A DNA stretch of 64,000 nucleotides from Macrostomum lignano (lineage: Eukaryota): NCBI GenBank assembly GCA_002269645.1, contig NIVC01000841.1, positions 124,001-188,000 on the forward strand, written 5' to 3'. The position numbers were made by a program, and so were the translations under genes. Shown here piece by piece: positions 45,935-64,000 of the stretch. Numbering within the stretch: position 1 is the first letter of the stretch; each line of letters starts with the position of its first letter. Under the pieces are notes generated by a model. The model searched no databases and was not told the DNA's origin. It saw only the letters and a program-made list of their open reading frames with translations.

Positions 45935-46618
45935 TATGCTGTGAATAAACTGGTTTATCCGATGTGAATAAACAGGTTTGTCTGCTATGAATAAACTGGT
46001 TTATCCGCTGTGAATAAACTGGTTTATCTGCTGTGAATAAACAGGTTTATCCGCTGTGAATAAACTGGTTTATCCAATATGAAAAACTGGTTTATCTGCT
46101 GTGCATAAACAGGTTTATCCGATGTGAATAAACTGGTTTATCCGATGTGAATAAACAGGTTTGTCTGCTATGAATAAACTGGTTTATCCGCTGTGAATAA
46201 ACTGGTTTATCTGCTGTGAATAAACAGGTTTATCCGCTGTGAATAAACTGGTTTATCCAATATGAAAAACTGGTTTATCTGCTGTGCATAAACAGGTTTA
46301 TCCGATGTGAATAAACTGGTTTATCCGCTGTGAATAAACTGGTTTATGTGCTGTGAATAAACAGGTTTATCCGCTGTGAATAAACTGGTTTATCCAATAT
46401 GAAAAACTGGTTTATCTGCTGTGAATAAACAGGTTTATCCGATGTGAATAAACTGGTTTATCTGCTGTGAATAAACAGGTTTATCCGATGTGAATAAACT
46501 GGTTTATCTACTGTGAATAAACTGGTTTATCTGCTATGAATAAACTGGTTTATCCGATGTCAATAAACTGGTTTATCCGTTATGAATAAACTGGTTTATC
46601 CGATGTGAATAAACGAGT
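45935..46618. repeat. 23-bp minisatellite (tgtgaataaactggtttatccgc)n with 183-bp higher-order repeat
   Basis: Direct read; variant series recurs at 45961 and 46144. Confidence 0.9.
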
Positions 46619-47389
46619 TTCAAAAAGCCTTCGCGCTCCAAATTCTTGTAAAAGATCTCCTTGAGATGAGAAGACACAAATCCTGAGAAATATGGACAGG
46701 TTGAAGGCAGAAGGACACTGCGATGGGACAGACAGTAAGTAGTAAAGAGGAAAGGGGAGAAGGGACGCAAAAAACACACTGCAGGCTTGATTTCCCGCTC
46801 AATCGTCTTCCCCTTTTCTCTTTCGGTCCCCCAAAACCGCTCCCGAGATTCCCAATTATTCTCCCATCTCTTCCCCCAGCCATCCCGTATACGCCTCTGT
46901 CGTATTCGCCTTCATGATCTCTCCCTCTTCCCTCTGCATCCCCAAGCGCCCGGGACCCCCCCCCCGGCCACAAAGACTGGCTGGCTAGGCGGCAACTTTG
47001 ACTCGGCAATCTCATTAATCCCTAAGCCGATTATGTCGAGCCTCCTCTCTCTCCTTCTCTCTGCCTCATTCTTCCTCTTTCTGTCTGTCTGTCAGACCTC
47101 AAAGTGGCTTTGGAGAGAAATTGAGACACAAAAAGCGCGGATGAAGTTATAGGTGGAAGATTTAAATCCGCGCGATTGCATCTGATGCTCTCCTACACTC
47201 CCTTAATCTGATCCGGTTTCACTCATTTTTTTGTTATAAATCCCGACTTCTGCGCTGTTCGTTCTAGTGAGAAAGCGGTTGCTTTTTTTACCGGAAGCTT
47301 TGCGCTGCGACTGATTTGTGTGTTTGCATTGCTGAGACCGGCTGACCGGCGAGCTGATGCTCCCCTCTCCAACACCGGCTGCCCTTCCC

Positions 47390-47880
47390 GGCTGTCCCTC
47401 TCCCTCTCTGTCTCTCCCTCTCCCTCTCTGCCTCTCCCTCTCCCTCTCTGCCTCTCCCTCTCTGCTTCTCCCTCTCTGCCTCTCCCTCTCTGCCTCTCCC
47501 TCTCTGTCTCTCCCTCTATGCCTCTCCCTCTCCCTCTCTACCTCTCCCTCTCCCTCTCTACCTCTCCCTCTCCCTCTCTACCTCTCCCTCTCCCTCTCTA
47601 CCTCTCCCTCTCCCTCTCTACCTCTCCCTCTCCCTCTCTACCTCTCCCTCTCCCTCTCTACCTCTCCCTCTCCCTCTCTACCTCTCCCTCTCCCTCTCTA
47701 CCTCTCCCTCTCCCTCTCTACCTCTCCCTCTCCCTCTCTACCTCTCCCTTTCCCTCTCTACCTCTCCCTCTCCCTCTCTACCTCTCCCTCACCCTCTCTA
47801 CCTCTCTACCTCTCTCTTTCTAACTCTCACTCTCCCTATATCTCCCCCTCTCCCTCTCTCCCTCCCTCTCGATCTCTCTC
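47390..47880. repeat. Pyrimidine-rich 22-bp minisatellite (cctctccctctccctctctac)n
   Basis: Direct read. Confidence 0.9.
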
Positions 47881-48441
47881 TCCTTTGCTTCTCTCCTACT
47901 TTCTCAATCTCATTCGCAATTTCATAAAGAAATTATGCAAAGCAATCGAGAACTTTTTCTCAAGCTAAAAACTTTCGACAAATGGCAGTTGTAGTTGATT
48001 ATTGGTTTTGACATTGATTTTTTTTCCAGTGTATTGTAGTGCAGATATTTTACGGTAATTTCCGAGCAAATATGTGTATGCGAGTGGGAGGTCAACAACG
48101 TATAAAGCTGAAAATTAATAACAAATTTATTTACCTATAGCGTAGGTAGAGACGCATGTAGATTGCATACAATATTAGAACAACAATTAAAAAGTCTATT
48201 ATTATAATTATTGTGAACAAATTTAATCGCTCATAGAAGGGGTTATGGTTAGTTTGATAAAAGTATTTGCAGGGGAATATGCCTTAAATTAAACAATGCC
48301 AACTTACGTACAATACACAGGACGAAAGTATTTGTAATGTTTTTTTTTCAAACTCACCCACCAAAAAACAATAGAATTACACAGTTTAATATTTTACTCA
48401 AATAATTCAGTAACTCTTAATGCAGTTTTAGTGTTAGCAAA

Positions 48442-60857
<12,416 letters not shown>

Positions 60858-61239
60858 CTCCAGGCAAGAGGGGGTCACTAGAAAGAGAGAGAGACAGATA
60901 AAAGAAAAGAAAACACAGAATTTTCGAAGAAAATTTCTGCCTCTAAAAGCAGAGCCGAAAGAAGTCCCCCCAGTCGTCGTGGCGCCTCTCAACGGCACTT
61001 TCTGCCCTGCGCTGCCATTTTTTCTGTTTGCCAGAAATCTAAAAATGGAACAAATACCGACGGAATTTCTCTCGGCAGTTTGCGCTTCTTGAGTCAGAAG
61101 TCTTCATGCAGCCTCTCGCGCATTTTTCACATCTCATTCTCTCTGCCTCTCAGGCTGGTCTGGTCTGATCTCTTTCTGCCATTCTCACTCTGACACCTTT
61201 TTGTCATTTCTTGTCCACTTAATTAACGTCTATTTCTCA

Positions 61240-62060
61240 CTCTACCTCTCTAACACCCCACTCTACCTCTCTAACACCCCACTCTACCTCTCTAACACCC
61301 ACTCTACCTCTCTAACACCCCACTCTACCTCTCTAATACCCACTCTACCTCTCTAACACCCACTCTACCTCTCTAACACCCACTCTACCTCTCTAACACC
61401 CACTCTACCTCTCTAATACACACTCTACCTCTCTAACACCCACTCTACCTCTCTAATACACACTCTACCTCTCTAACACCCACTCTACCTCTCTAATACA
61501 CACTCTACCTCTCTAACACCCACTCTACCTCTCTAATACACACTCTACCTCTCTAACACCCACTCTACCTCTCTAATACACACTCTACCTCTCTAACACC
61601 CACTCTACCTCTCTAATACACACTCTACCTCTCTAATACACACTCTACCTCTCTAATACACACTCTACCTCTCTAACACCCACTCTACCTCTCTAATACA
61701 CACTCTACCTCTCTAACACCCACTCTACCTCTCTAATACACACTCTACCTCTCTAACACCCACTCTACCTCTCTAACACCCACTCTACCTCTCTAATACA
61801 CACTCTACCTCTCTAACACCCACTCTACCTCTCTAATACACACTCTACCTCTCTAATACACACTCTACCTCTCTAATACACACTCTACCTCTCTAACACC
61901 CACTCTACCTCTCTAATACACACTCTACCTCTCTAACACCCACTCTACCTCTCTAATACACACTCTACCTCTCTAATACACACTCTACCTCTCTAATACA
62001 CACTCTACCTCTCTAACACCCACTCTACCTCTCTAATACACACTCTACCTCTCTAACACC
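61240..62060. repeat. 22-bp minisatellite (cactctacctctctaa(c/t)ac(c/a))n
   Basis: Direct read. Confidence 0.92.
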
Positions 62061-62929
62061 AACTCCTTGAAAATTGAAAGCAACAAAATTGGTATAAACT
62101 TGTTTATTCTAACAAAATTTTCCCCGATAAAGCATAGAGAAAACTGCATAGACTGTGGGATGCAGAGCTATCCATACAGGCGACTCTCACAGCAGTCACA
62201 GCTAGCAGTTTCCATATTTGCTAATCGTGCGATCCAAACTGTTTGGATTAATTTTTCGCCAAAAAAGAAGGAGAAGACGAAAAATAGAAAAGGAAAATAT
62301 TTTTGACAGAATGACAGACAGGGAGTGAGAGCTTGGCTTGCTTTGAGAAAAATTTGAATATCAATATAGGAAGCAGTCTTTTATATTTGCTAGCTCGGCA
62401 ACTTTGTCCGTTAATTTATCTGGCTTACTGCAGTGTATCGCTGAGATGAAGCGCCTGACTCTGACTCCTCTCTTCTCCCCACTCATTCAGCTCACAATAA
62501 TATGATTTTTTAAATAGACAGCCAAGCCCGAGCCTCATCTCTCATCTTGAAGCCGCGACCCAATTGGGAAGAGTTAATTAGATTGCCGCCATGGCAGGGC
62601 AGACTCCTGTGGGGCTGGACAGCATACTTGAAGGACTCAGCGCTGGGGGAGGGGGTTGTGCGTGTTTTGCTGACACTTCCCTCGAATTCCGAAACATGTC
62701 TGCCAGACAGCGCCTGCAGCCTTATCAAGGGGTCAACACAAGAGTTCTGCCCCGAAACCCTGTGCTGTAATGCTATCAGAGTCAGAGTCACAAGTTACTT
62801 TAGACATTGAAAATAATTACTGAGCTGACACGCCTCAAAACGCTTTTTTGGGGAATTTCTTCGATCAGATTTGAGCAATTATCGATTCAGATCAAATGCA
62901 ATTCACCCGAACTGCGGGAATTTTGGATA

Positions 62930-63310
62930 GAAAAGTAGACTGATCGGTATAGAGAGTAGATAGAAAAGTTGACTGATCGGTATAGAGAGTAGATAGAAAA
63001 GTTGACTGATCGGTATAGAGAGTAGATAGAAAAGTAGACTGATCGGTATAGAGAGTAGATAGAAAAGTAGACTGATCGGTATAGAGAGTAGACAGAAAAG
63101 TAGACTGATCGGTATAGAGAGTAGACAGAAAAGTAGAGAGTAGACAAAAAAGTAGAGAGGAGACAGAAAAGTAGAGAGTAGACAGGAAAGTAGAGAGTAG
63201 ACTGAAAAGTAGAGAGTAGACAGAAAAGCAGACTGAAAAGTAGAGAGTAGACAGGAAAGTAGAGAGTAGACTGAAAAGCAGAGTAGACAGAAAAGCAGAC
63301 TTAAAAGTAG
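62930..63310. repeat. 31-bp minisatellite (gtagactgatcggtatagagagtagatagaaaa) decaying into shorter 18-bp units
   Basis: Direct read. Confidence 0.85.
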
Positions 63311-64000
63311 ACAGCAATTAGACCGAATAACGGGTGCTTGAATCTGCAGTGGCTATGCTATATTTCAACGAATTATCAATTATATAGGGCACAGGAATCT
63401 TATGAGGCGTAAAAATCCCATAAAAATGCCTTTTTGGCCTTGGAACATATGTCCAAGTGGCTGTCTGCGACAAAGCGAACGTTATAATAGTCATGAATGT
63501 TCCTTTTCATCGTATCTATAGTTGAGTGAGCAGTTTCACTTCTCAACAATCTGGTGCCCTGTGTGTGTGAGAATTTCAAACCCTATGATTATACGGCTTT
63601 TGATAATATACTCGTAGTTATATAGGGATAAAATCTATAGAAGATATTTGCTGCTAAGATAGTGCGCTCAAAATGAAAACAATCAAGATTCTGTCAGAGT
63701 GGCATGTGACCGTATATAGCATTGGCTATAGTTCCCCTATATGGATCAGGTGCTCTGAAGTGCTCAGCAATGCAGCTCAGCTTCTGCTCCCTTCGTGGCC
63801 CCAATTAATTAGGGCAAAAGAAATTTTTGATCCGGTGGGATGTGGGGTCCTTATATTTAGAATCCGATTGTCTTGTTAGAAATGGCTATGATTTTGTAGG
63901 CGGGGGGAGAATTAGCAGGTGTTTTGTAACTTCCTGGAGGCCTCTTCAATACGGCGAAACGGAGGAAAATAAATTTAGTAAAGCATGGGAAGCGAATTGA

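Overview
This is eukaryotic (animal) genomic DNA, intron-rich and saturated with mini- and microsatellites. The Ala/Gln/Ser-rich exons and satellite-filled introns resemble the flatworm Macrostomum, but that attribution is inference only. Six protein-coding genes were reconstructed by hand with phase-consistent GT-AG introns: (1) an intronless secreted three-domain Kazal inhibitor (-); (2) AKAP10/D-AKAP2 (-); (3) a KDM5-family gene (-); (4) a TSPAN13/31-like tetraspanin (+); (5) a TauD/TfdA-family Fe(II)/2-oxoglutarate dioxygenase of a bacterial-like subfamily (+); (6) nuclear receptor NR2E3/Hr51 (-). Mobile DNA comprises two copies of a long-TIR Tc1-like element, one carrying a nested P-element derivative (8-bp TSD, THAP plus transposase remnants), a long-TIR mariner, other TA-flanked TIR elements, LINE RT and RNase H fragments, and a tyrosine-recombinase remnant. 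The most notable observation is that the KDM5 protein lacks ARID, PHD1, zf-C5HC2 and all three JmjC iron ligands but keeps PLU-1, PHD2 and PHD3, so it looks like a reader-only pseudo-demethylase. Also notable are inverted minisatellite arrays bracketing the NR2E3 DNA-binding-domain exons. No CRISPR, rRNA or tRNA was found.
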